Shown piece after piece: positions 50,600 through 62,551 of a DNA stretch of 64,000 nucleotides. Position numbers and translations under genes: made by a program. Origin of the DNA: Euglena gracilis (taxonomy: Eukaryota); assembly GCA_039621445.1 (NCBI GenBank), contig CP154954.1, positions 45,425,847 to 45,489,846 on the forward strand, in the 5' to 3' direction. Positions within the stretch are counted from its first letter, which is position 1. Every line of letters begins with the position of its first letter. The notes under the pieces were generated by a model. That model ran no database searches and was not told where the DNA came from. It worked only from the letters and a program-made list of their open reading frames with translations.

Positions 50600-51770
50600 T
50601 ACTCTGGTATTGCCTTCAACCCATGGGGCTGTCCCGGCCCGGCCGCTGGCAAATTCTCTGTGACAGTGCCGGTTCCAAGAGTTGACAGAGAATTTGTCCG
50701 TCAAGCTGGCGCGGGCAGTAGCCCACCAACTTCGCCTGGCGGAAAGAGCTACAGATCGCACGATGCTGCCCTAGTAAGTGAAGACGTTTACCCCTAAAAC
50801 CTTGCTTTTCGGACCCCTCTCCCGTCTTCTGCGTCCCACCTTCCCGCCCCCTTCCCTCTCTCTAACCATCTGAATCCTCCGAGATTTCGGAAAGAAATTT
50901 TTTTGCAAAGTGTGCACCATCCCCCCCCCCATACTGTTCTCCACCGTACTCTTCCCATCCTGGTTTCAGGAAGACTACGACGGCAGGGCACTTTTTCCCA
51001 CACAATTTTCTTTGTCACCAGCGTCAAATGAAGGTTCTTGTGGTCCCCAAGGCCACCTTGGCATCATCATCCACTTCAACTTTGCTTGGAGAAGTGGTGC
51101 AGGTTTGCATGTCTCCAAGAAAAAAGTTTTTTTAATTGGCTCCTCTTCAGCTTGCCACTGACAAACAACCGGTGGTGGCTCCACCCGCTTCGCCACCTAC
51201 ACCCATGGGGACCCAAGGGAGAGGAGGCAGAATTGGTTACACTGCAGAGTTAGATGGAAGTTATCAAGGTAGTGTTTGTAGTGGAGGTTCGGCAGCCACC
51301 CCCCCCCCCTGGTGGTCGGACCCCCTCGGCACGGCAAAATGGGGACTCCCCCCTGGTCAGCCGACCCCCTCGGCACAGCATGCCGAACCATACCAATGAA
51401 TTTTCCTTTGAGAAATTCCGGCTATCCGCCACGGTGGACCCCCCCTGGGGGACTGACCCCCTCGGCACGGCAAAATGGGGACCCCCCCCTGGTGTCCGAG
51501 GGTCCTCATCAGACGTGCCGAACCTCCAGTTGTTTTCGCCTAAACATTCCCATTTTGGGGTATTCTGGCCAAAACATTGGTTTTTGAGTCGTTTTGGCTG
51601 GTTTCAGGTTCATACTTGCAATTACCCTCACCCCCCCCCCCTATTTGCCCCCCTAATTGGCTAATTGGGGGGGGGGTCTTATATGGGGGGGTCGGTCCCG
51701 GCCAAAGGGCCGGCCTTCGGCCGGCCAGGGGGGGGGGTCTTATATGGGGGGGTCGCTGAGCTCTTACTGG

Positions 51771-52216
51771 CAGTGGCTGAAAACTTCCCCCCCCCTAGGG
51801 CCGCATTTTTCGGACCATTTCAGGGGGGGGGGGAATTTTCGGACCCCTGGGAGCTTAAGCCCCGGCCGTGTCACAGAGAACCATGGAATCTGAACCTAAG
51901 ATGGACATAGCACCTGTTGGTGCACGAAACTCAAATATGGCTGTTTGTTGAAGACCATTTTGCATTGGACGACAACATTTGCTTCATGATGGTTCACAAG
52001 GACAAAAAATCGCTACCACGGCATGTATAAAAAAAGGAATTCCTTCCAAAAAGTCCTTGCCTTGCGCCTTTGTTGACCTTTTTGGAGGGGGGGGACTTGG
52101 CTTTTTCAAGGGGGGGGAAATTTTCGGACCCCTGGAAGCATAAGGTGGAACCGCCAAAATCTGGCCGATTTGAGGGGGGGGGAAATTTTCGGGGGGGGGG
52201 AAGTTTTCAGCCACTG
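51771..52216. mobile_element. MITE with CAGTGGCTGAAAACTTCCCCCCCC TIR, inside a larger IR-bounded block (~51626-56426)
   Basis: Inverted GGGGAAGTTTTCAGCCACTG; TSD not evident. Confidence 0.7.
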
Positions 52217-53857
52217 CTAGTATCCCTTTATGGGTAAGAGCGAAGCTTACCACTGGTCCCCCCCCCCTCGGGGCCACCTCGGGAACCGGCGGATTATCAC
52301 CATGATCCTGGCCCCGTTCCCGAAAAATTTTTTTTCAGTCACGAGCGACTGGATTCCTAGTTTCCGAATCACCTGGGTTTGACCCCCAACTCCCCGCCAG
52401 GCCCGAGTTATTCACGCGCGAAGGGGTCCAAACTGGGTAGGATTCGCCAACCCCCCCTGGATAAGCCCCCCCCCTTTGGACGGCCAAAAAATGTCAATTT
52501 TCAAAATATCTCCAAAATGAAGCAAAATCAAAGGAAATGTCCGGAGACCTAATTTGAAGCCCTTGGAACGCCCCATCTACCGGTATTTTGATTTCCCCGC
52601 AACGCCCCGTCTAGCCCGAGATACGGCCGTTTTCGGCGCAGCTGGCCGTTTTGTACACTTTTCCCTCTGTTCGACTTAGCCGTTTTCGGGGGGTGGGGGG
52701 TCAAAAAATCGATGTTTTCAAAATTTCTCGAAAATGATGCAAAATCAAAGGAAATGTCCAGAGACCTAATTTGAAGCCCTTGGAACGCTCTATCTATTGG
52801 CATAGGCGGGGGGGGGGGGCTCCGCCCCCCCCCGCACCCCCCCTCAAATAAAAAAATCCCTTCTGTGTTTGCAACATACTCGGGGGCTAAGTCGTTTTTG
52901 TGGCTCACTTTGGCATAGGCGGGGGGGGCTCCGCCCCCCCCCCCCGCACCCCCCCCCCCTCAAATAACAAAATAAAAAAAAAAACCCACACCCCCTACAA
53001 GGCGGGGGGGGGCGACAATCAGCCCATCCTGTGCGCATATAGGGTGATGATGGGCAGCTCCCCCCCCCAAATTGTCACCCCCCCAGTGCCAAACGGTAGA
53101 CTGGGGGGGGGGGGTAGTGGGTAGTCGGCCGACTAGTCGGCCGACTACCCAATTGGTCGGCCGACTAGTCGGCCGACTAATTGGTCGGTAGCTAGTCGGC
53201 GGGGGGGTAGTGGGTAGTCGGCCGACTAGTCGGCCGACTACCCACTCTAATGTACTAACGGGTCAAAACCGCCGACTTTTAAGCCCCCCCCCGTGGGAAA
53301 ATTTTTTTGTCTAAATCACCTCAACGCCGGTCAAAACCCACCCAAATGGCTCCAGAACCCCCCAATCGGGGGTGAATATGCAAAAAAATTAGGGGAAAAT
53401 GTCCATTTTGGGCCACTTTTGACAAAAGTACACCTCTCCCCATTGAATTTTTGATATATGTCAAAATTTGCACAAAAAAAGGGTCTTATCCCCCCAGGTC
53501 TATTGCCAACATAGAAGGGATTTTGTTATTTGAGGGGGGGGTGCGGGGGGGGGGGGGGCGGAGCCCCCCCCCCCCCCGCCTATGCCAAAGTAAGCCACAA
53601 AAACGACTTAGCCCCCGAGTATGTTGCCAACACAGAAGGGATTTTGTTATTTGAGGGGGGGGGGTGCGGGGGGGCAGAGCCCCCCCCCCCGCCTATGCCA
53701 AAATGAGCCACAAAAACGACTTCGCACCCGAATATGTTGCCAACACAGAAGGGATTCTGTGATTTTGGTTTCATCGCAGCTCACCGCCTAGCCCGAGATA
53801 CGGCCGTTTTTCGGCCAATTTTGGCCATTTTGTACACGTTTTCCACTGTTCGACTTA

Positions 53858-54530
53858 GCCATTTTCGGCCAAAAAAATCGAAAAAAATCGAAAAATTTTT
53901 TTTTGCCCAAAACGATGTTTTTTGGCCTCCCGGACCCAGAAAAACTGTTTTTGAGCCGAAAATGAGCGTTTTTCGACCCGCCAGCACCCCGTTCAGGGCC
54001 GCCAACCCATTGACTTCGGGCCAAAACCGGGTCAAAAAAGTCGAAAAAAATCGAAAAAAAATTTTTTGCCCAAAACGATGTTTTTTGGCCTCCCGGACCC
54101 GGAAAAACTGTTTTTGAGCCGAAAATGAGCGTTTTTCGACCCGCCAGCACCCCGTTCAGGGCCGCCAACCCATTGACTTCGGGCCAAAACCGGGTCAAAA
54201 AAGTCGAAAAAAATCGAAAAAAATTTTTTTGCCCAAAACGATGTTTTTTGGCCTCCCGGACCCGGAAAAACTGTTTTTGAGCCGAAAATGAGCGTTTTTC
54301 GACCCGCCAGCACCCCGTTCTGGGCCGCCAACCCATTGACTTCGGGCCAAAACCGGGTCAAAAAAGTCGAAAAAAATCGAAAAATTTTTTTTTGCCCAAA
54401 ACGATGTTTTTTGGCCTCCAACTGTTTTTGAGCCGAAAATGAGCGTTTTTCGACCCGCCAGCGCCCTGTTTTGGGCCGCCGACCCATTGATTTTTTGCCC
54501 GAAACGATGTTTTTTGGCCTCCTGGACACG
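53858..54530. repeat. ~163-bp tandem satellite (~4 units; another unit at 55437-55651)
   Basis: CCAAAACCGGGTCAAAAAAGTCG recurs at 54021, 54184 and 54347. Confidence 0.92.
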
Positions 54531-54570
54531 GAAAAGGGGTTTTCGAGCCGAAAATGGGCGTTTTTCGACC

Positions 54571-55439
54571 ATAATGGCCATCATGGCCCGTGATGGCCAT
54601 GATGCGCATCATGACCGGTGATGCCAATGATGCCAATCATGGGTCATAATGTGCATGATGACCCATGACCAATGATGGCCATCAGGACCAATGATGGCCA
54701 TCAGGACCAATGATGGCCATCAGGACCAATGATGGCCATCATGACCCATGATGGCCATCATGACCAATGATGGCCATCATGACCCATGATGCCCATCATG
54801 ACCAATGATGGCCATCATGACCCATGATGCCCATCATGACCAATGATGGCCATCAGGACCAATGATGGCCATCAGGACCAATGATGGCCATCAGGACCAA
54901 TGATGGCCATCATGACCAATGATGGCCATCATGACCCATGATGGCCATCATGACCAATGATGGCCATCATGACCCATGATGCCCATCATGACCAATGATG
55001 GCCATCAGGACCAATGATGGCCATCAGGACCAATGATGGCCATCATGACCCCTGATGCCCATCATGACCAATGATGGCCATCATGACCAATGATGGCCAT
55101 CAGGACCCATGATGACCATCATGGGCAATGATGGCCATCATGACCAATGATGGCCATCAGGACCAATGATGGCCATCATGACCCATGATGGCCATCAGGA
55201 CCCATGATGGCCATCATGACCCCTGATGCCCCTGATGATGATGATGATGATGGCCATCATGACCCATGATGGCCATCATAACCCATGGGCATCATGACCA
55301 ATGATGGCCATCACGACCAATGATGGCCATCATGGCCCATGATGGCCATCATGGGCCATGATGGCCATCATTGGTCATGATGGCCATCATGGGTCAACCA
55401 ATGATGGCCATCATGGCCCATGATGGCCATCATGACCAA
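54571..55439. repeat. 19-bp minisatellite with palindromic core TGATGGCCATCA
   Basis: (ATGATGGCCATCAKGACCM)n. Confidence 0.95.
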
Positions 55440-55661
55440 CCGGGTCAAAAAAGTCGAAAAAAATGGAAAAATTTTTTTGCCCGAAACGATGTTTTTTGGC
55501 CTCCCGGACCCGGAAAAACTGTTTTTGAGCCGAAAATGAGCGTTTTTCGACCCGCCAGCGCCCCATTTTGGGCCGCCGACCCATTGACTTCGGGCCAAAA
55601 CCGGGTCAAAAAAGTCGAAAAAATCGAAAAAAAATTTTGGGCCCGAAACGATTCGCTGGGA

Positions 55662-56043
55662 CGCCGGGCCGCCGGCCGGCCCGCCGGGCCGCCGGCCGCC
55701 GCTGGCCGGGCCGGGCCGGGCCGCCGGGGCGCCGGCCGGTCGGGCCGGGCCGCCGGGCCGCCGGCCGGGCCGGGCCGGGCCGCCGGGCCGCCGGGCCGCC
55801 GGCCGGGCCGGGCCGGGCCGCCGGGCCGCCGGCCGGGCCGGGCCGGGCCGCCGGCCGGTCTGGGCCGGGCCGCCGGCCGGTCTGGGCCGGGCCGCCGGCC
55901 GGTCTGGGCCGGGCCGCCGGGCCGCCGGCCGGGCCGGGCCGGGCCGCCGGCCGGGCCGGGCCGGGCCGGCGGCAGGGCCGGGTCGGGCCGCCGGCCGGGC
56001 CGGGTCGGGCCGCCGGGCCGCCGGCCGGGCCGGGCCGGGCCGG
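55662..56043. repeat. Nearly pure GC simple repeat (GGCCG / GCC)
   Basis: Direct inspection. Confidence 0.95.
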
Positions 56044-58523
56044 ACCGTCGGTGGTGGGGGCGCGCTTATCAAGAGCTCCCCAAGAGTGCCGGTCAGGCTT
56101 ATTGGCCGTTGGCCGGGGTAACCCCCCCCTAACGTGACCCCCCCCCCCCCTATATGTCACCCACCCCTAATTGTCGCCCTCCCCCCCCCTTGGGGGGCGA
56201 CAATTACCTAGGGGTGGGGGTGCCCATGGACCCATGGACATGCATGGTAAATTGAGTACCCCCACCCCTAATTGTCACCCACCCCTGATTGTCGCCAGGG
56301 GGGTCAAAACGCTCCCTGGGGGTGCCATATGGGGGGGGGTCACGTTAATTGTCCCCCCCCCCCCCTAATTGGCTACTTGGGGGTCCAAAGGAGCCCGGCC
56401 ATTAGCCAAATAGGGGGGGGGTGAGTCGGGTTGCGGGGGGGGGGGGTTGCGGGGGGGAAATCAATTTTCTAGGACTAAAATTAGGAATCGCCAAGCCCCA
56501 AAATTTGGATGATGTCACCGCAAATTAGGAATTTCCACACATCAAATTTGGATTTTGGTCCCAAATTAGGCATCTCCAACCCAAAAATTTGACCCATTGC
56601 CCCTTTTGGAGCCAAAAATACGCACCACAACTATATTTTAACCAAAATTAGGCATCTCCCGCCTAGAAAAAAAATTTCCCGAACTGGGCCTCTGCAAGGT
56701 TCCCGGGCTGTTTTTAAACACGTTGTTTAAAACAGGTTTTTTTCCTATTTGTGGTGTTTTATTTAAAAAAAACACCCTTTTTTAAAAACAAAAAACCGTT
56801 TTTAAACCGTTTTTTATTCATGAAAGTTTTGCTTTGTTTTAAAACAAAAAAACGGGAACCTCTGGTCGGGTTGCGGGGGGGTTGCGGGGGGGGGGTTGCG
56901 GGGGGTTGCGGGGGGGGGGGACACCCCTGTAGCGACGTCCAACAGCAAAACAACCAAAAGGTTCAATGAAAAGTCATGTTCTTAGGGGGTGTATCCCCCG
57001 CGACCCCCCCCCCCGCGAACCCCCTCCCCGCGACCCCCCCCTGCGACCCACACATGGAGGGTTTCCGCATCCCAGTAAGAGCCAAAAAATGGCGCCTAAT
57101 TAGGAATTGGCACCCAAATTAAGAATCAAAATTGCCAAAAATGTGACAAATTCCTAATTAGATCTGTTTTTGGACCCAAAAGTCCTAAAAATAGGTCCCG
57201 TCTGATGTAAGTGAGGTCACACTGGTCACACGTGACCTGTCAAAGCTGCCACGTTCCCCCCGCGACCCCCCCCCCCCCAGCGACCCCCCCCCACCACCCG
57301 TACACCCCCTTATCGCCAACCTTAAAAATTTCCGCCCCCCCCGGCCAGGAACCTTTCACCACCCAGCCCCGCAACTTTTGCCGGTCCTTTGCCCCCAACC
57401 CCGCCTTTTTCGCCGCATTTGGATGTTACTCCCGGGACCCTTAGCAGTTGAAAATGGGCACACCAGCACTGCCTGCTGCAAAGGCATCAAATGTGCATAA
57501 AAAAGGCATGGAGCATGTGCAAAAATTGCGCAAACATGTGAACAAAGATATGCCAAAAATGAATATTTTCAGGAAGTGCCTGGGACCCTTGAGGCATTTC
57601 TTTGGTCATTTTGGGCTAAAAATGACCAAAAAATGACTAAAAAAAATGGAAATAGCAGCCCAAAATGGCCAAAAAAATGGCTTGAAATGACCTTAACCAG
57701 CATTCCGGTCGTCGAAAAGGAGGACATTTGTCAATAGTAAAAAAAAAGACATTTATCCTTGTCAGTCAGAAACCTAGGGAATAATTTACATCGGTTTTGT
57801 CAAAAATATTACGGCGAGACCATTAGAGCATGAATGCTGCCCCGTCATTTATGGACCCGGCTTTTCGGGGGCGTTTGGACGGACCAACCTAGCCGCCTGG
57901 CAGACCAACCTAGCCGGCTGGCAGACCAACCTAGCCGACCAACATGCCGGCTGTCCAGCCGTCCGTCCAGATGAAAGCCACTGTCGCTAGCCGCCCGGCT
58001 ATCCAGACCAAACAATACGCACGCCGCACGCAGTGATGGCTAGATAAGGAATGAATGTGTTCCGGCGGGGGACTAAGTTTGTCTGGGCCTAAGTTCGCCC
58101 GGGTGAATGTTCGGACCAGAGTACGGCCCGCCTGTTGGCTTTAACCCGTAGGAACTCGGACAAAAAGATGCCTGCTAGAGGCACCCGCCCCCCAAAGAAA
58201 CTTGTGGCCATTGAAAATATGAAAAAAAAACTGCACCCCCCCCTATTTTTCAGCTTTCTTGAGCAAAGAGAACTTGTTGCACAGCAAAAAAAGAATGCAA
58301 TGAACAAAAAAACAAGTTTCAGAAGAAAACGAGCATCTCATGATAAAACGTTTCTGGTCAAAATCTGGCACCATCTGGCACAAAACAAAAAAACCCTAAA
58401 CAAAGCTCCTGCCGAAGAAAAAAAAAACTGGAATACCCATGTGGGAGGGCGGACATGAATGTGGGATTGGCCATTCCTAACGCGGACCGGGGTTTCTGTT
58501 TTTGACAAATGTCTAAATGTCAT

Positions 58524-58786
58524 ATTACCAACCCCCCCTCTATTTGTCCCCCCCCCCTAATTGGCCAGAGCCCAGGTGGCCAATTGGGGGGGGGTACTCA
58601 TTTCAAGGGAAAATGTCTTTATTCGGGCGTTTTAAGGGGTTCGCGACTGTAAAGGACGTCTAGGTGGCCAATTAGGGGGGGGTTAGGGGTAACCCCCCCC
58701 CCTAATTGTCCCCCCCCCCCAATTGGCCAGAAGGGGGGTCCGGGCCGCCCGGAGGGCGGCCAAATAGAGGGGGGGGGGTTGGTAAT
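58524..58786. mobile_element. MITE with ATTACCAACCCCCCCTCTATTTG TIR
   Basis: Inverted CAAATAGAGGGGGGGGTTGGTAAT. Confidence 0.75.
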
Positions 58787-59000
58787 GTCAATTGTCTATT
58801 AGAAACCCTTGTCATTTGCCAAATTTGGGAATGCTGACCTTAACTTGCCAAAAAGTAAAAAAGTTGGCCCAAATGGCCAAGAAGGTTCACAGCACACCCG
58901 CCCCCACTTTTTTTTGCCGGGGGAAAGTATTTTATAAAAATATTCATTGGAAATATACTTGCAGAGCCATGAAAACTTCTCTTTGCCCTCCTGTGGCTTT

Positions 59001-59232
59001 TGTGACCGTGTTTAGAGGCCCGGCCGTTTTTTGTGAACAGGTGAACACAAAATAACAGGGCATATTTTCGTGAACAGGGTTTTTCGCAGAAAAAGTGACA
59101 AAAAAGTGCCTGAAACCATGGCGTAAAGCACATTAACAAAATACAGGGCAGGCGCCAGGCCTCTCTAAACACGGTGCAGAAAAATTGCGGACTATGGTCC
59201 GTACCCAGGCCAAGTAACGGGTCAAGGGCACC
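59001..59232 (-). mobile_element. ORF-less short derivative of the 60403-61415 element
   Basis: Same IR ends (ACCGTGTTTAGAGGCC / GGCCTCTCTAAACACGGT), one repeat block, and a degenerate hairpin arm TAACGGGTCAAGGGC. Confidence 0.75.
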
Positions 59233-60379
59233 TAAAAGTACCATGCCCCCCGGTAGCGTCACATACCTGGCTCAACCACAGGGCGGGTATGGGACACATC
59301 GGGGGGGGGGGGGACACTATCGGGGGGTCAACAAAAATTCCTTTACCATTATGATTCATTTAGCATTATGATGACCAACAAACGCTTCATTTCCCTTGAA
59401 AAATAATGTTTTTCCTTAAAAATGATTTTTTTTCCTTTCAGGATCTGTTCCCTGCACGGCTTTGCTTTTGTTATGGCAACCTCTTGGGTATGGCAGCATT
59501 TAAGAGGATTTCAAGAGTTTATTTATTTATTTATTTATTCAGCTCGAATTTGGGTCTTCTCAGATGGTCAACCAAAATATACGCCATGCGCGTTGTTGTG
59601 ACTTCATCAATCTGGTTATGCCCAAGTCAAAGCATCGCCCACATCGGGGGGGGGGGTTGACAGATTTCGGTTAAAGGTTGTTGTTCTGGTTTTTGTTTCC
59701 CCCAAAAGAAAGCAACACACAGTGACATTTCTGTGCCTACAAAATGATCACTCCCAAGTGTTTTCCTGCACTGCTTTTTCAATGGTTTCCTTGGGAAGAC
59801 CGATTATTTCGATTAATCACCCCCTGGCCGAATGAACGATCAATCAAGGGGTGGCGAACGATTAATCAAAAAATCGATTAATCGAAACAACCTTACCCCC
59901 CAAAAAACTTCGCAAAAATCGAATTTTTTTTTGAGGCCAAAAATGGCCAAAAATGGCCATTTTTTTTTCGGACATAAAATGGCAAATTTAGGGCAGCGCG
60001 TGGCCCAACAAGCTTTTTTATATCAAAAATGGCCAAAAATGGCCAAAAATGTCCACTTTTTTTGGACCCGGAAATCACTGATTTTTGGGTGCGCGCAACC
60101 TGCGCGGCCATCCTTGGACCCCCCCCCCCCCGCGGCCGCTCACCCCCCCCTGCTATGCCTAACCTCCTATCAGGGGGGGGGAGTTGGTTTGGGTTTGGGT
60201 GTGGCTCTCACACGGGGCGCAGTGCTGCAGGTCGATGTGGGCGTACCCAGCACCGCGCCTCCCGCGGGCAGCCCGAGCCATTTGTGGAACAACTCCAGGG
60301 ACTGAAAAGGAAGGGTATTTTGGGGGCGGGGTTTATGCAACTAGTCGAAACATTGGCATTAATGGTTGGCATTAATTCC

Positions 60380-60979
60380 TCAGTGTGTAAACATTATGAC
60401 ACTGTAACCGTGTTTAGAGGCCCGGCGCCTGCCCTGTATTTCGTGGCTATGAACACGGAAAACAGGGCATATTTTCTTAACCCGGCAATATGCCCTGTTT
60501 TTCGTGGTAAGGTGAACACAAAAAACAAGGCATATTGCCGTGTTCAGGGTTTTCTCCCAAAATTTAAGGTATCCCCTGAACGTCAATGCTTTCAATTGTC
60601 GGAATTTGAATTGCTGGCCACACTGTGCCCGGCGTTGGTCCTCGCATTGTTTGATGACCGCTTGCCCATCAAACAACAGTGCAGGATCAAGCTCCCAAGC
60701 TGCCCAAGCACAAAGGAAAGCATCTAGCTCGTCATAGACAGCGCAAAGCGCATTGCAGACGTCCTCGAATTCAAGGAGGTGTGCCAATGCGGATTGCTCT
60801 GTCCCTTCTGAACCGGATGCTTTCTTTTTGGTAGCCTCCGCCAGAAGGTTACCATGCAAGGGGTCAACAGCAGGGTTCTTTCTTTTTTCCCAACCCTGCT
60901 TAATTGTGGCCAAAAATTCAGGAACTTTTGGGGGTTGTGGCAACATTCGGTCCATGGTGTTGGCAGCTTTCTTTGCCAT
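60380..60979 (-). CDS. Unknown element-borne protein (MAKKAAN...DPLHGNLLA...ELDAFLCAWAAWELDPALLFD)
   Basis: Homologous to 42573..42863; CTTCCTCAG acceptor 14 nt before the ATG; C-terminus reads into the repeat block. Confidence 0.7.
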   Translation of the reverse strand: MAKKAANTMDRMLPQPPKVPEFLATIKQGWEKRKNPAVDPLHGNLLAEATKKKASGSEGTEQSALAHLLEFEDVCNALCAVYDELDAFLCAWAAWELDPALLFDGQAVIKQCEDQRRAQCGQQFKFRQLKALTFRGYLKFWEKTLNTAICLVFCVHLTTKNRAYCRVKKICPVFRVHSHEIQGRRRASKHGYSVIMFTH

Positions 60980-61415
60980 TTTTCAAAAACAGACTGAGGA
61001 AGAACGCAATGAGTATAAATAAATAAAGCAAATGGCACAAGAACATTTTCTAGGACGCCGTGGCCATGGTTTGGGGCATTGGGACATCATTTTCATTCAC
61101 TGGTTCCTTACCATGAAAAACAGGGCATATTTTGTTAACCCGGAAATATGCCCTGTTTTTAGTGGTAAGGTGAACACGAAAAACAGGGCATATTGCCGTG
61201 TTCAGGAATTTTCCAGGAAAATCAACAAAAAAGTGCCCGAAACCATGGCGTGAAGCATACCCACGAAATACAGGGCAGGCGCCGGGCCTCTCTAAACACG
61301 GTTACAAAAAAATCGTGGGCCATAACCCGTATTCAGGGCGTATAACGGGTCAAGGGCGCCTTTGGCGCCCTTGACCCGTTATACGGCCTGAATACGGGTT
61401 ATGCCCACGATTTTT
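60403..61415 (-). mobile_element. Hairpin / IR / direct-repeat / ORF element, copy type 2
   Basis: ~45-bp IRs (60403.. and ..61306); ~90-bp direct repeats at 60458-60548 and 61115-61206; 108-bp hairpin at 61308-61415. Confidence 0.8.
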
Positions 61416-62551
61416 ATATAGAGAAGGTGAATACTGGTGAGGTGGGTGGGATTTGCATTGAGGTGACGAAGGCGGCAGCAATGACGGGGTGAGGGGATGC
61501 TTCCGTTGCCGAGGGCATGGCGATGGGTCAAATGAGGTGCCAGAGTGCCCCAACCGTAGTGGGGGATGCTGAGCAGTGAATGGCAGCAGCACCACGGCGG
61601 TGAGGGGGGGGGGGCAACCGACAATTGAAGAGATGGGGATTGGACTCTGTCTGTGGCTGCTTCAACAGAGGTGGAGCTGGACTGGGTTGGGCTGTGCTGG
61701 GGCCCAGGGCACGGCACAGTTGCTCATATTTTGCAATGTGATTGTGGATGTCGTTACAGATTCAATGCCGCAGCCTTGTGCAACAGTCCCTCTCCCCACC
61801 TGCCATGGAATGGCCGTATCGACCTCCCACCTGGGAAAATGTATTTTAAGGTCGTGAAAAAAAAAACTGTGACACATTGAGGCAATTTGTTTTTGCCAGT
61901 CAATGGTCCCACTGCTGTATAATTATTAATCATTTGGATTTTGGTGGCTGGCACACTGCCACCATGGGTAGAGAACCAAGGTTGCTGCTTATGGCGGCCA
62001 AGGTCAGCTGCGGTGGGAGAGCCATGTGATTTGGCTGGGCAATGTCTTGTGTCTCTCCGGGGTGATGCTAGATGTTGCGGGTCCTGTCCAACTTTGGTGC
62101 AGCATCACCGCGGTCATTGCACAAAAAAAAACAGAAAAGAATGAAACATTTCAACAAGACTCGCGGAACCTAGCCACTCTTTCAAGGTAAATTTTGTCAC
62201 TTCGTTGAAAACTTTTTAAATGGAAATCCTTCACGATGACAATAGAAGGACCCAAAAATCGGACGGAATTGTCAGAATTACAGCCGGCGCCCCTATTTTT
62301 TGAAACGCTTTGACACATTCTTGAAACGTTTTGACAGAGCTTTTGAAATATTTTGACGGTATTCAGGAAACGTTTTGACAAGGTTTTTGGACGTTGCTGT
62401 GCGCAAATTTTGAAATACTTTGACAAAATCTTTGAAATGTTTTGACAAAATCTTTCAAACAAATTTGACAAAATCTTTGAGACTTTTTGACAAATTTTTG
62501 GTGCATTTCCATGTCATTATGTCATTGTATGGCCAATGTCTGTCCCGCAGG

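Noticed and set aside
54571-55439. CRISPR-like array of palindromic repeats
   Set aside because: Units are head-to-tail with no unique spacers and no cas genes; it is a minisatellite.
55368-56160. Long Gly/Arg/Pro/Ala ORFs on both strands
   Set aside because: Artefact of a stop-free GC simple repeat.
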